Assembly (NCBI GenBank): GCA_977020255.1
Contig: CDROCS010002866.1
Location: forward strand, 434,001 to 498,000
Direction: 5' to 3'
DNA length: 64,000 nucleotides
Source of the DNA: Obrimoposthia wandeli
Taxonomy: Eukaryota
This document shows positions 30,922 through 41,456 of this stretch, one piece after another (positions within the stretch are counted from its first letter, which is position 1; every line of letters begins with the position of its first letter). Both the position numbers and the translations under genes were made by a program. The notes below the pieces were generated by a model. The model had not been told where the DNA came from. It made no database searches and was given only the letters and a program-made list of their open reading frames with translations.

Positions 30922-31848
30922 TCAATCTACGCTGCCTTGACTGATAAAATCAATAGCCGCTTTGACAGCGGTTACTTGTGCAAGAATACAAGTTTCATCA
31001 TCAGCTTTAGCGCTGTCGGGATAGACTTCAGTAGTGCAGTTAAATTGTGCATCGCTAAATCCAGCACACAACCCTAAAGCTTTTACAGGATAGTTTATAA
31101 CTCCATACTGCGTAATGGAAGTACCTATAATACAGCCTTGCTCATCTTCAAGTGCTATATGTGTCACTTTAGCAACCTGCTTTAGAATGAAAGCAAACAA
31201 TTTATCACTATCGATGCTTTCATCGCCCACTAGGTAAAAACCATCTGGCGTTTCACTATATGCTGTTAACGTTGCATCTCTTGCATCTTTAGCAGGTACA
31301 AACTTTGTATTATCGGTATCAGTGGTCTCATGTAAGTCCATGTGCAGCTGAATATCAACATTTAATAATTTGATTGCAGCCATTAATAAAACAGCCTCTT
31401 CACTACTACCCTCTTCATTAAAAGAGCGGTTAGGATCGATACACTGAGCGTTCCATCTATTTATAGTTTCATAGCCCCAAGGGCTAATACAAGGCGCGAC
31501 AACTATATTATATTGCTCCGTGTAGGCTAGAGCTTCACTTTGCAAAAACCTAAGCGCACCTTGCACTCCGCTAGTTTCATAACCATGAACGCCACCTGTG
31601 ACCAAAATAGTACGAGCATTTTCACACCATTGCTTATTTTTCACTAGAAATAGCGGATACCGCTCGGTATCAATTGAAAGTTCGCCATATTTAACAACAT
31701 CAAAGCTCTCACTAAGACTTTCTATTTTACTCAGCACTTCATCGGCGTAACTTCGCTTAAATTTTTGCCTAGAGAACCACAGCTCTTTTTCGGCCCCTCC
31801 CCATGGCTGCTTAGTTGTTTTCAATGCTATTAGTGGGCTGTTTTTCAT
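30922..31848 (-). CDS. M14 family metallocarboxypeptidase (succinylglutamate desuccinylase/aspartoacylase-like)
   Basis: GGVHGYETSG, DPNRSF, DLHETTD, TTEVYP. Confidence 0.85.
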   Translation of the reverse strand: MKNSPLIALKTTKQPWGGAEKELWFSRQKFKRSYADEVLSKIESLSESFDVVKYGELSIDTERYPLFLVKNKQWCENARTILVTGGVHGYETSGVQGALRFLQSEALAYTEQYNIVVAPCISPWGYETINRWNAQCIDPNRSFNEEGSSEEAVLLMAAIKLLNVDIQLHMDLHETTDTDNTKFVPAKDARDATLTAYSETPDGFYLVGDESIDSDKLFAFILKQVAKVTHIALEDEQGCIIGTSITQYGVINYPVKALGLCAGFSDAQFNCTTEVYPDSAKADDETCILAQVTAVKAAIDFISQGSVD

Positions 31849-32093
31849 TAAAATCTCCTACTCTGACACTATGAACCTTCATCCATACAAAAATAGCTAG
31901 CCTGTGTTTATCATGTTCATAGCATGGTTTGATTTAGATATAGAAAGAAGAGTTTTTATAACGAGAATGCGTCACAAGAATACGCCTGAATATAGTTAAA
32001 TTCAGTAGGGAAAAAATCGCTATGTATTGAAAAATCACTTTAAGCCATTAAAATTCACATATCATGAGAGATTTTAATGGCTTAGCTGGCTTA

Positions 32094-33197
32094 TTACTTC
32101 TCGATTAAACCATAATCACGATCTAAAATTTCAAGTATTTCCGCCTTGGGGTCAGCTGGAACTATGACTGCTTCACCCGTGATAGTTTGTGCGATACTTG
32201 TATAGGTATTACTCACCGCTAGGATATCTTGTTCACTAAGCAAAAATTCACTTGCCATTGCCAAACGCTCTGCCATTTTGTCTTTAGCTAACAATAACTC
32301 TGGAATAGGTACTGATTTAAGTAGCATTTGGCGAAAACCTTCCTTAGAGTTTTCAACAATAGCACCCTCATCGTAAGCTTTCGCATCCCATATTCTAGAT
32401 GAATCGGGAGTACCTACTTCATCAATATAAATAAGTTCGTCATTACCTACCAAATCTTTTACGTAGCCAAATTCAAATTTTGTATCGACGAAAATTTGCG
32501 ATACTGCCGCCAGCTGTTCTGTGATTAAATTAAACCCTTCACTTAACAGCTTTTCATACAGATCAACATCTTCAATAGAATTAAATTTAAAGGCTGTTAA
32601 ATTATTCACTATGTTTTCACGGCTGATATTCACATCGTCGATTTCAGGGACTTCAGCAACACCGGTAATAATGCCTTTTGTAGATGGCGTAATTAAAAGC
32701 TCATTTAGCTTTTGATTAGACTGTAAATTTTCTTCAAGCGCTATGCCACAAAAGTCTCTGGTACCTTTAGAGTAAGCCCGCCACATACTACCTGTAATGT
32801 AGTTACGGGCAATAGCTTCAACCATAACAGGCTTTGCTTGTCTAACGATCCAAATATAAGGGTGAGGTACATCTACAATGTGATTGCCAGCAAGGCCTGC
32901 TTCATCAAAACACTTAAACCAGTGCGCTGAAATTGCATTAAGTGCAGCGCCTTTGCCCGGAACGCCATTTAAGCCATTTTCACCTTTCCAAATACATTCA
33001 AAAGCTGAGATTCTATCGCTAATAATCATAATTGCCAGTGGTGTATCAGAAGCAATTTTATAACCTTTCTCTTGAATAAGGCGCCGGCTATCTGCAGCTG
33101 TTAACTTATAGACAGATCTGACTTTACCACTGTGAACTTCTCCACTGACTCTGATATTCAAGTCATTGTTTACATCCATTACTTTATAAGCGCTCAT
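32094..33197 (-). CDS. purC: SAICAR synthetase, long (367-aa) type
   Basis: [35 protein letters not shown]. Start adjusted from 33269. Confidence 0.93.
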   Translation of the reverse strand: MSAYKVMDVNNDLNIRVSGEVHSGKVRSVYKLTAADSRRLIQEKGYKIASDTPLAIMIISDRISAFECIWKGENGLNGVPGKGAALNAISAHWFKCFDEAGLAGNHIVDVPHPYIWIVRQAKPVMVEAIARNYITGSMWRAYSKGTRDFCGIALEENLQSNQKLNELLITPSTKGIITGVAEVPEIDDVNISRENIVNNLTAFKFNSIEDVDLYEKLLSEGFNLITEQLAAVSQIFVDTKFEFGYVKDLVGNDELIYIDEVGTPDSSRIWDAKAYDEGAIVENSKEGFRQMLLKSVPIPELLLAKDKMAERLAMASEFLLSEQDILAVSNTYTSIAQTITGEAVIVPADPKAEILEILDRDYGLIEK

Positions 33198-33423
33198 TGA
33201 TACTCCGGTGTTATGCAAAAAATCTAATTTTCTAAGGTACAGTGCTAATGTGACGCCACTATCCCTCATTACTGTTAATCTGTATTTGGAATGACAAAAC
33301 TATTCAGGGCATATTATTTTAATGTTCAAAATCATCTATGAAAGACTGCTATTTAGTGGTCTCAACTAACCATTAAAATAAAGAAAATTGCTTCGACCGT
33401 TTTACCTTTGCCACATTTAAAAA

Positions 33424-33441
33424 CACCCACAAAAGTGGGTG
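33424..33441 (-). terminator. Terminator hairpin after bamC
   Basis: CACCCAC-AAAA-GTGGGTG with an A run on its left. Confidence 0.6.
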
Positions 33442-33458
33442 CTATTATTTATAATAAA

Positions 33459-34889
33459 TTATGCTCTTGGGATACTGTCTTTAATTCTCCACAGCAACTC
33501 TTCTGCAGGGACAGTAGCCGCTTCTTTACCCTCTTTATCCATCACAGTTATGAAAGTTGCTTTACCACGGTGTGTTAACCTTAACTGATATCCAGCGGTA
33601 ATTTGGTACATGTTTGTATCAACATTAAAGAAGCCCTTGTTAAAACCTCGATTAAAGTTATATATAACTTTTCCAGCTAGCCATACTTTAAAACCTTCTT
33701 GGTTCGCCGGATGGTTCGGATCGGTGAATGCTAACTCTTTATTTGAATCTATTTGCCCTTTTGAACTATAGCTAATATTTTTATCCGTGGTACCAGGACT
33801 GTCATCATTAAATCCAAAAGTTGATAATGTAATAGGCCCACGTTCACCATGCAACCAGTCGAGGAAGCTTTCATCGTTTTCTTGCAATGGCGTTAATGAA
33901 GTAAATGTTAAATAAAACGTGTTTGCTGTTCTATCTTTGGTTCCTACATCTATTTCGTTAGCATTAAGCGCATTTTCAATTAGTGTCCAGGCATTGTCTA
34001 AACTACCAGAAATTTTTAGGGCTGGCTTTCCATTTGCATTACGACCAAATAATACTGCACCAACCCTTTGTGAGCGTTTAAAATTACTCGCTAACAAAGT
34101 ATTACTTTGAGCACTATTCGTTGTCTTGCTCATAAAGCGCAGTAGTTCATATAACATATCTGTTTTATAAGAAATATTATTCGCTTCACTTTCCCAATTT
34201 ACATTATCAACTTGTTGATCTACACCATAACGAACATGCGCCATACTAATAATAGTGCGCCACGGGTTCTTTATATCTGTCGTTAACTTAATGCGGATTT
34301 TATTTTTATTGTCGCCTTTCACTTTCTGAAAGGTCAACTTTTTGAGCCAACTGTCAACGACTCCAACCTGGTCAGCTTTTACTATGATCCAATCACTTTC
34401 TATCGTACCTTGCTTCGGGTCTAATTGGGTGATGCCCAAGTTATTAAACTTCATAAACTGCTGAGCTTTAGGCCAAATTTGACTGATAGGGGCATCAACG
34501 ATCAATACTTTACCAGTACCATCTTGCTTAAAATTAACTGTCTCAGACCCCGAATCAGCATAGAAATATTCTGGTCTTTTAACTGTGTCAACCGCAATAG
34601 ATTTCTGGCTATCAAGCTGCGGAATGTCCATTAAATCTTGTGTTTGTTTAGCATTAAGCTGTTCAGGGATACGTAAACGAGGATTTGAAGCGACTTGCTG
34701 ATACTCTTTACTGCGATCGCGGATCAGGCCATCTTTTCCATATAAGGCATTATCTGATAAAGTGCTGCAGCCTACTAAAAACGCAGAACTAAGTACAACA
34801 CTGATTCCCACATTACGTAGCGATATATTTTTTTTGAGTGAAACCATTAAAGCTTCTCTTGAATTGTTATTTAACTGCTGGTATCTCAT
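33459..34889 (-). CDS. bamC: Outer membrane assembly lipoprotein BamC/NlpB (unusually long)
   Basis: FLVGC lipobox, GLIRDRSKEY, IESDW; directly downstream of dapA. The start may be 34847. Confidence 0.78.
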   Translation of the reverse strand: MRYQQLNNNSREALMVSLKKNISLRNVGISVVLSSAFLVGCSTLSDNALYGKDGLIRDRSKEYQQVASNPRLRIPEQLNAKQTQDLMDIPQLDSQKSIAVDTVKRPEYFYADSGSETVNFKQDGTGKVLIVDAPISQIWPKAQQFMKFNNLGITQLDPKQGTIESDWIIVKADQVGVVDSWLKKLTFQKVKGDNKNKIRIKLTTDIKNPWRTIISMAHVRYGVDQQVDNVNWESEANNISYKTDMLYELLRFMSKTTNSAQSNTLLASNFKRSQRVGAVLFGRNANGKPALKISGSLDNAWTLIENALNANEIDVGTKDRTANTFYLTFTSLTPLQENDESFLDWLHGERGPITLSTFGFNDDSPGTTDKNISYSSKGQIDSNKELAFTDPNHPANQEGFKVWLAGKVIYNFNRGFNKGFFNVDTNMYQITAGYQLRLTHRGKATFITVMDKEGKEAATVPAEELLWRIKDSIPRA

Positions 34890-34938
34890 ACGCCCTCAAA
34901 TTTTTATACAATAAATTTCTAACAAATTGCAGATAATA

Positions 34939-35817
34939 CTAAAGAAGAGAATGATCTTGCAAAGCTGATATTAATGAACCTTTATATTTTTCAGATAAAG
35001 GGGTTAAAGGCAATCTAATACCTTCACCCATCAATCCTAATTGAGCAACGGCCCATTTCACAGGAATAGGATTAGACTCTATGAACAGCTGATTATGTAA
35101 GGTCATTAGACTATTATTTAATACTCTTGCTTGCTCAGTTTCTCCTGCTATTGCCAAACTGCACAATTTGGACATCAGCTTAGGTGCAACGTTCGCCGTG
35201 ACAGAAATATTGCCATGACCACCTGCTAACATTAATTCTACTGCTGTTATATCATCGCCTGAATACACCGCAAAACCCGGTGGAGCATTTTTCACCAGTG
35301 AACGATTACGTTCAACATCGCCAGTAGCATCTTTAATACCAACTATATTTGAAACATCTCTTGCTAGGCGTAACGTTGTTTCCTCTTGCATATCAGCCAT
35401 TGTTCGACCAGGAACGTTGTATAATATATGTGGAATATCTACCGCTTCTGCAATTGCCTTGAAGTGGAGATACATGCCCTCTTGTGTCGGCTTATTGTAA
35501 TAAGGAACCACAGACAGAGAGGCATCAGCACCCATAGCCTTTGCTTCTTTAGACAAGTAAATTGCTTCTTGAGTATTGTTTGCACCAGTTCCTGCAATAA
35601 CAGGAATGCGTTTAGCAACAACTTCTACAACACGTTTTATTACTGCACAGTGCTCTACAGGTGTTAGAGTAGCAGATTCACCTGAAGTCCCTACTGCTAC
35701 TATTGATTTAGTTCCGTTTTTTATATGGAACTCAACCAATTTATCTAACGCTGGCCAATCGATATCGCCATTTTCTGTCATAGGTGTAACTAGTGCAACA
35801 ATACTGCCGGTAATCAT
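34939..35817 (-). CDS. dapA: 4-hydroxy-tetrahydrodipicolinate synthase
   Basis: [40 protein letters not shown]. Confidence 0.96.
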   Translation of the reverse strand: MITGSIVALVTPMTENGDIDWPALDKLVEFHIKNGTKSIVAVGTSGESATLTPVEHCAVIKRVVEVVAKRIPVIAGTGANNTQEAIYLSKEAKAMGADASLSVVPYYNKPTQEGMYLHFKAIAEAVDIPHILYNVPGRTMADMQEETTLRLARDVSNIVGIKDATGDVERNRSLVKNAPPGFAVYSGDDITAVELMLAGGHGNISVTANVAPKLMSKLCSLAIAGETEQARVLNNSLMTLHNQLFIESNPIPVKWAVAQLGLMGEGIRLPLTPLSEKYKGSLISALQDHSLL

Positions 35818-36186
35818 TCTTATCTCCATTTCTGACCAATAGTCATATTATACTACGATCATTATATCTACTATTTGGTTAAAGCTAGTTGTAAAATTTC
35901 TGCTGTAGGCAAACAGATACGCCTAGCGTTAGTGCTATTATTCTATAATTAAACTGTAAATATAAAGCACAGATACCCCTATCCGATACTTTTAAGCAGA
36001 AGATATTCTATATTAATTTCGGGGTCAATGCGTTGTTTAAGCACCTATTATTTACAGATATTTATACACATTTTTCAATAATTTTAACCAATAGCGAAAA
36101 CAAGCTGAATAAATCCATTGTTTAACGCTTAATACATTGTAATATAGCTAGTATATTTATTAAATTTGTACTGAACCGGAGTATAC

Positions 36187-36639
36187 ATGACCTTAGCCGT
36201 CGGCGACAAAGCGCCTCTTTTTAGCTGTTTAAACCAATCTGGACACAATGTCTCTTTAGCTGACCTAAAAGGGAAGAAAGTTATTTTATATTTTTACCCT
36301 AAAGATTCAACCCCTGGATGCACAGTACAAGCTTGCAATTTACGTGACCATTTTGAGCAACTTAGTGAATTAGATTACCTAGTGTTTGGTGTAAGTAGCT
36401 GCTCTGCTAAAAGGCATATGAATTTCATTGAGAAAAACAACTTGCCTTTTGACTTACTACTTGATGAAGAACAAGTATTACAAAACAGTTACGGTGTTTG
36501 GCAACTTAAGAAAACTTTCGGTAAAGAGTACATGGGAACCGTTAGAACAACTTTTGTTATTAATGAAAACGGTATTATCCAGCAAATTATTAACAAGGTT
36601 AAAACTAAAGCACACTGGGAACAAATTGAACAACTATAA
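36187..36639 (+). CDS. bcp: Thioredoxin-dependent peroxiredoxin Bcp
   Basis: YFYPKDSTPGCTVQAC. Confidence 0.92.
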   Translation: MTLAVGDKAPLFSCLNQSGHNVSLADLKGKKVILYFYPKDSTPGCTVQACNLRDHFEQLSELDYLVFGVSSCSAKRHMNFIEKNNLPFDLLLDEEQVLQNSYGVWQLKKTFGKEYMGTVRTTFVINENGIIQQIINKVKTKAHWEQIEQL

Positions 36640-36840
36640 ATAACCAACAAAAAAATATGATGGGTAGCTGCAGCTATCTTGAGCGATCTTAATACGGGGT
36701 CAAAAACCTGTAATATTGCTGAATCAATGTATTTCTTTTTAGCGGTTGGTAACTTTTATCTGCGTAATAGTGCGCACATTGATATTGTCTTTTAGACTTT
36801 TTGCTAAAGCCTCAAGATACTATTGAAAAGGAAAGCATTA

Positions 36841-37068
36841 ATGTTAAAGATTGACAGTACTGGGAATGTGATTGCCGCACTGTGCAATGTATTTATTCCT
36901 GGTTTGGGGCAACTCATACAAGGAAGATTACTATTAGCTATTATTTTTTTCTGTGCTGTCACTGTAGGTTATTGGTTTTGGTGGTTTTTTATATTCCCGG
37001 CTATCATTGGAGGACTATTTCATTTGTTTAGTATTCTCAGCGCTGCCACTTACAATCCAAACAGATAA
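36841..37068 (+). CDS. Small hypothetical membrane protein
   Basis: 75 aa, hydrophobic, FIPGLGQL motif. Confidence 0.65.
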   Translation: MLKIDSTGNVIAALCNVFIPGLGQLIQGRLLLAIIFFCAVTVGYWFWWFFIFPAIIGGLFHLFSILSAATYNPNR

Positions 37069-37119
37069 ATACTAATGCTGTTGATTAAAACTTTAGCAAC
37101 CCAATAACTAAGAATATTT

Positions 37120-40100
37120 CTATTGAGTAACTTTTGGAGCATTGTTATCTGTTGTTTGCGTAACCGGTTTAATGATGGGTTCTAACCAGGAGCCCGTAAT
37201 ACCATAACGAAGCGCGGTTAATTTAGCTAACTTATTCCCAAGCAACTTGTCGAATACAAATGCTATTCCCGCCACTTGAGGAGATGCCAATAATAAAGCG
37301 ACAATTGGTGCATTACTGCTTAAAGGAATGGCAACATACATTTTTTGGTCTAGTACTTTGGTTGCTAAATTAATACTTCCTGTCATTTCAATGTTTGCGG
37401 AATCCCCTGCTAACTTTAAAGGCTCAAGGTTAGTAGCAACTCCATTTTTCAAGTCATATTTTGCTGTCACTTTATCAAAAGCCACACCCGATTTTAATAA
37501 ATCGGAAAAATCCAACTGCAAACGTTTGATGACTGTATTTAAATTTAGAATACCAAATATTCGTAAAAAGCTTGCAGAGTTACCCGCTTCAATAATGCGT
37601 CCCTTTTTAAGTTCAAATTGCATTTTCCCATCGAGCATTCCCTGGGAAAAATCCCAGGGATATCCTCGCCAAGATAGCTCGGCCTGTAAACTTCCTGATT
37701 TATTTTCCAATACTTTCGCTTGCCCTAATTGAGCTAGTACAGCGCCGAAGTCCCCACCCTTAGCGGTCAAATCAAACGAAGTTCTAACATTATCCAGCCC
37801 TCCTATCCATATTAGGTTAGCTTCAAAATTTGTTTCCGCAATTCCTCCCTTGATATCTCTGGCCATATAACCGTGTTTAACAGGAGTTAATTTGGCACTC
37901 CAATTGCCTATTTCCAAATCATTCATTATCAACTGATCAATAGTCACTGCGACTTTAGGCCATTTATTGGTATCATAATACCTGCTCTTTTTAGATTTTT
38001 TCGCTAAGGTGGAAGCGCTTTGCTTAGGATCACCACCCAACACTAATTTACTAAGGTGTAAATTTACTTTTGTTTCAACACCTTCTGTTACTGCAAGCTC
38101 ACCGCGAGCAATACCTAAATCAAAATGGCTATTCCAATGTGTTTCGCTGTGTTTAAGATTGATCCGACCACTAGGAATTTTGTTATCCAATAAACTAACA
38201 TTAACAAGCTCTAAATTAATTTCTTTGAGTGCATTTAAGTTACTATCACTCTTTTCAGTGATGGCTTTAGTACCTTTTGAGTTACTATCTTTCGAGCTCT
38301 GCTTAATAACCTTCTCTGTATCTTTTGCTAGTGTTGAACTGCTAGCACTATTGTATAAGTCGATTAATTTATTTAGGTTAACCGCCGCTAATTTACCCTT
38401 AATGTATATACCGGGAGATTCTACGAGTTTTGGCCTTTCACCGCCTAATACTATGCTTGTAAATGCGTTTGATAAACCATCATCAGCTGCTTTAAATTTA
38501 CTGACTCCACGCACAATATCCGCATAGTTGTATCGCCATATAGTGCCATTTATTCCTGTTCGATTACTAACCAATTGAAACTTTCTAGGCTGCTTTGGCG
38601 ATTTCCCCCACGGAGCAGGTAAATCGATACTCATGCCAACTAAATCTGAGTTAACCACTAGCTGATTACAACTAGGTAAAGCAGAACAAAGGTCTAATCT
38701 TGCGCTGTAGCGGCTATCACCCTTCATTTTTTCTAGCTGATTTGTTTCTAACCAATCAGATAATTGTTGTGCTTTAATTCTCCCGTCTAGCGCTATACTG
38801 GTTTTGAGAGCTTTATCAACCGTACTGCTAACGATGGAAAGCTCGGCGGGAAAGCCGAAAGCTTCTAGTTTCAAAACACTGCTCTTTAAGCCTTTTTGTG
38901 AGCTGTAAAACACTTGTCCGGTAATTTTATTAAACTTTAACTTCAATCCAGCATCTACTAATTGTGCGTTTTGTAGCTTACTGGCAACGTCTATTTTCAA
39001 CTCTGCATCGGTTACTTTATTAGTTGCCAGTTTATCTTTATTCTTTTCACTATTTGGCGTTTCCACATCTGTTTTTTTAATGACTAAGGGGAGCTCTAGA
39101 GCTAAAGTAGATACGTGTTTCCCGCCTAAAGCCCAAGTTTTAAGCTCATCAGGAAAATAATCAAACGCTGGTTTTTTGCGCAGGTTAGTGTACAGCTTAT
39201 CAAGCTCACCGGTAATTTTTACATCTACCTCTATAATAGAGCGGTTAGCTACTTTAGTTACTTGTAAATCGCTGGTTTCGTTTGATGCAATTGACCCATG
39301 TTTGGATTTTACCGAAATATTTTCATTATCAAGAATAAATGTAAGATCTCGCGCGAGGTAATTTGGCCAATTTTGATCAAAATTAATTTTTGCCTGTGTC
39401 GATTTCAAATAAACTTGCACACTAGGGTTTATTTTTTGTGTCAGGTTTTTACGAAATCCAGTGCGTAAAACAACTGCCGCCTCTTTTACCTGTGCATCTA
39501 ATACTGCTTTATTAATCCACTGCGACAAAGGCTCTCCTATCACTTTAGGAGGGATATAGCTCAATAAAGTATCAGCCTCTGTATTTTGCATGCCTATCAT
39601 TAAAATAAGCTCAGTTTGCCGCTCCTTATCAAAGGGAATAATTACGCTAAAACGGCCATTGGCATGCATTTTAGCGTCTTTTATTGATAGCAATTGCGAG
39701 TTTACTATTACCCTGTCGGGCCTCCCTTCTTTGTGTTTTATCTCCCATGAAACACGTCCTTTTGCTGTTTCATATTGCCATTTATTCTCGAATAACTGAG
39801 GGAAGAACAATCCGAAATCGGTTGTATTTAAATCAATACTTCCCCCACTAGCATTCATTTCAAGTAATCCTGTGACTCCCGATAATTCAGGAGCACCTGA
39901 GTAGCTATCAACTGATACGTTTTGTAAATCCGCTTTGAGTTGAAAAACAGATAAATCACTACCCTCCCAATAAACAGATATATTTTCAACCAATCCTTTA
40001 GCGTTTAAACTTTCAGTAAGCGCTTTAAGCTCTTTATCTAGCAAAGGCTGCTTTAATAGCTCTTTAGTAATTTTACTTAGGTTTATAGAAGATAATGCTA

Positions 40101-41142
40101 TTTTCTCTATAAAGCCTTCTCTTCCTAGTCGATATGTGGCACTCGCTTGAGGTATTTTTAAGTGTGTTTCACCATTAAATAAATCAATATCTGATAAATT
40201 AATATATTGTTTATCTGCAATTTTTTTCATACTAAAGTTTAATTTCGAGGCTGTTATTTTTGGATAATTTGGATTAATAAAATTTAATTTATCAACATCT
40301 AAACTTCCTGAAACATTTGAAATAACTCCTTTTTTCAAGGTAGCCCAAACTTCAGAGCTTAAAGATAGATCTGCTATTTTCACGCCTGTATTAATTAAAT
40401 TAAAAGCCAACAGTCGCTGTGATAAATTTTCAAACTTGGCGTATAACTGATAAGAAGTGTCTAGAATAAGGGGAGCAAATTTTTCAGTTTGAAGCGCAAA
40501 ATCAACAGAGGATTTCTTACCATAATTGGTGAGCTTGGCCTGCCCGCTAAGCTGATGCATATCTCGGGTATTCTCCATCAAAAAGTCGATGGGCCCCACT
40601 GCTCTAAAAGGCCTATTTTGCGGTTTTAGTTTTAAATGAGCATTACTAAAACTAACTTTTGACTGAGCTGCTAATACGTGTAAAAACCGATTCAAGGCTA
40701 GCTTCTCATCACTAGCAGCTAATTTTTTAGCATCAACTGCACCAGGAGAAAAAACAGTTAGCCATTGGGAATTAACTTGTTCAACCTCAGCAACAAGCCC
40801 ATTAACTGATAAGTGTTTAAAAATTGGCGCGAAACTAATGACACTTTGAACAACATCTAACTCGGCTTCAATTTGGTCTATTTGGATACTGCGCCGATTA
40901 AAATTTGTATCGTTAATACTAACATCTGATATATAAAATTGAGGCTTTGCTTTTACCCAAACGGCTTTAATACTACCAATAGAGATATCTACTTGTAATT
41001 TTGTGGATAGATATTCAGCAATTTCAGCTTTATATAAACCTATTTTAGGTAATGAGATACGCACAGTAATAACAATACTAGCAAATAAAAAAAGCACTCC
41101 AATTATGGTAACTAATACCCAACTACTCGTCTTTTTTATCAT
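37120..41142 (-). CDS. yhdP: YhdP family (AsmA2-like) intermembrane phospholipid bridge protein
   Basis: 1340 aa, N-terminal TM, C-terminal RRLQLDFSDL-like KRLQLDFSDL and YGITGSWLEP; downstream of rng. Confidence 0.88.
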   Translation of the reverse strand: MIKKTSSWVLVTIIGVLFLFASIVITVRISLPKIGLYKAEIAEYLSTKLQVDISIGSIKAVWVKAKPQFYISDVSINDTNFNRRSIQIDQIEAELDVVQSVISFAPIFKHLSVNGLVAEVEQVNSQWLTVFSPGAVDAKKLAASDEKLALNRFLHVLAAQSKVSFSNAHLKLKPQNRPFRAVGPIDFLMENTRDMHQLSGQAKLTNYGKKSSVDFALQTEKFAPLILDTSYQLYAKFENLSQRLLAFNLINTGVKIADLSLSSEVWATLKKGVISNVSGSLDVDKLNFINPNYPKITASKLNFSMKKIADKQYINLSDIDLFNGETHLKIPQASATYRLGREGFIEKIALSSINLSKITKELLKQPLLDKELKALTESLNAKGLVENISVYWEGSDLSVFQLKADLQNVSVDSYSGAPELSGVTGLLEMNASGGSIDLNTTDFGLFFPQLFENKWQYETAKGRVSWEIKHKEGRPDRVIVNSQLLSIKDAKMHANGRFSVIIPFDKERQTELILMIGMQNTEADTLLSYIPPKVIGEPLSQWINKAVLDAQVKEAAVVLRTGFRKNLTQKINPSVQVYLKSTQAKINFDQNWPNYLARDLTFILDNENISVKSKHGSIASNETSDLQVTKVANRSIIEVDVKITGELDKLYTNLRKKPAFDYFPDELKTWALGGKHVSTLALELPLVIKKTDVETPNSEKNKDKLATNKVTDAELKIDVASKLQNAQLVDAGLKLKFNKITGQVFYSSQKGLKSSVLKLEAFGFPAELSIVSSTVDKALKTSIALDGRIKAQQLSDWLETNQLEKMKGDSRYSARLDLCSALPSCNQLVVNSDLVGMSIDLPAPWGKSPKQPRKFQLVSNRTGINGTIWRYNYADIVRGVSKFKAADDGLSNAFTSIVLGGERPKLVESPGIYIKGKLAAVNLNKLIDLYNSASSSTLAKDTEKVIKQSSKDSNSKGTKAITEKSDSNLNALKEINLELVNVSLLDNKIPSGRINLKHSETHWNSHFDLGIARGELAVTEGVETKVNLHLSKLVLGGDPKQSASTLAKKSKKSRYYDTNKWPKVAVTIDQLIMNDLEIGNWSAKLTPVKHGYMARDIKGGIAETNFEANLIWIGGLDNVRTSFDLTAKGGDFGAVLAQLGQAKVLENKSGSLQAELSWRGYPWDFSQGMLDGKMQFELKKGRIIEAGNSASFLRIFGILNLNTVIKRLQLDFSDLLKSGVAFDKVTAKYDLKNGVATNLEPLKLAGDSANIEMTGSINLATKVLDQKMYVAIPLSSNAPIVALLLASPQVAGIAFVFDKLLGNKLAKLTALRYGITGSWLEPIIKPVTQTTDNNAPKVTQ

Positions 41143-41456
41143 TCATTAACCAGTTATTATCATTTTATATACACAAAACAAACTAACAGTTTAAAATCTA
41201 TTTGAGAAGAATAATCAGCTTCACAATTCAACTTAACAACTATTACTAGCTAACCAAAATCATTTCCTAGTGAGAGAAAATCTAGGCTTGGTCGGTTATC
41301 TGTGCAAACTAGAATTGATATAGTTCTTGTATATTCGAGGTAAAGAGCTTGTTTATAATCCAGAAAAACAATTGCTCTCAATCTATTATTTATTTACGCA
41401 GAACATAAGCGCTTAGCCCGCAAACTCCAATACACTTCAACCAGTAAAGCAATGGA

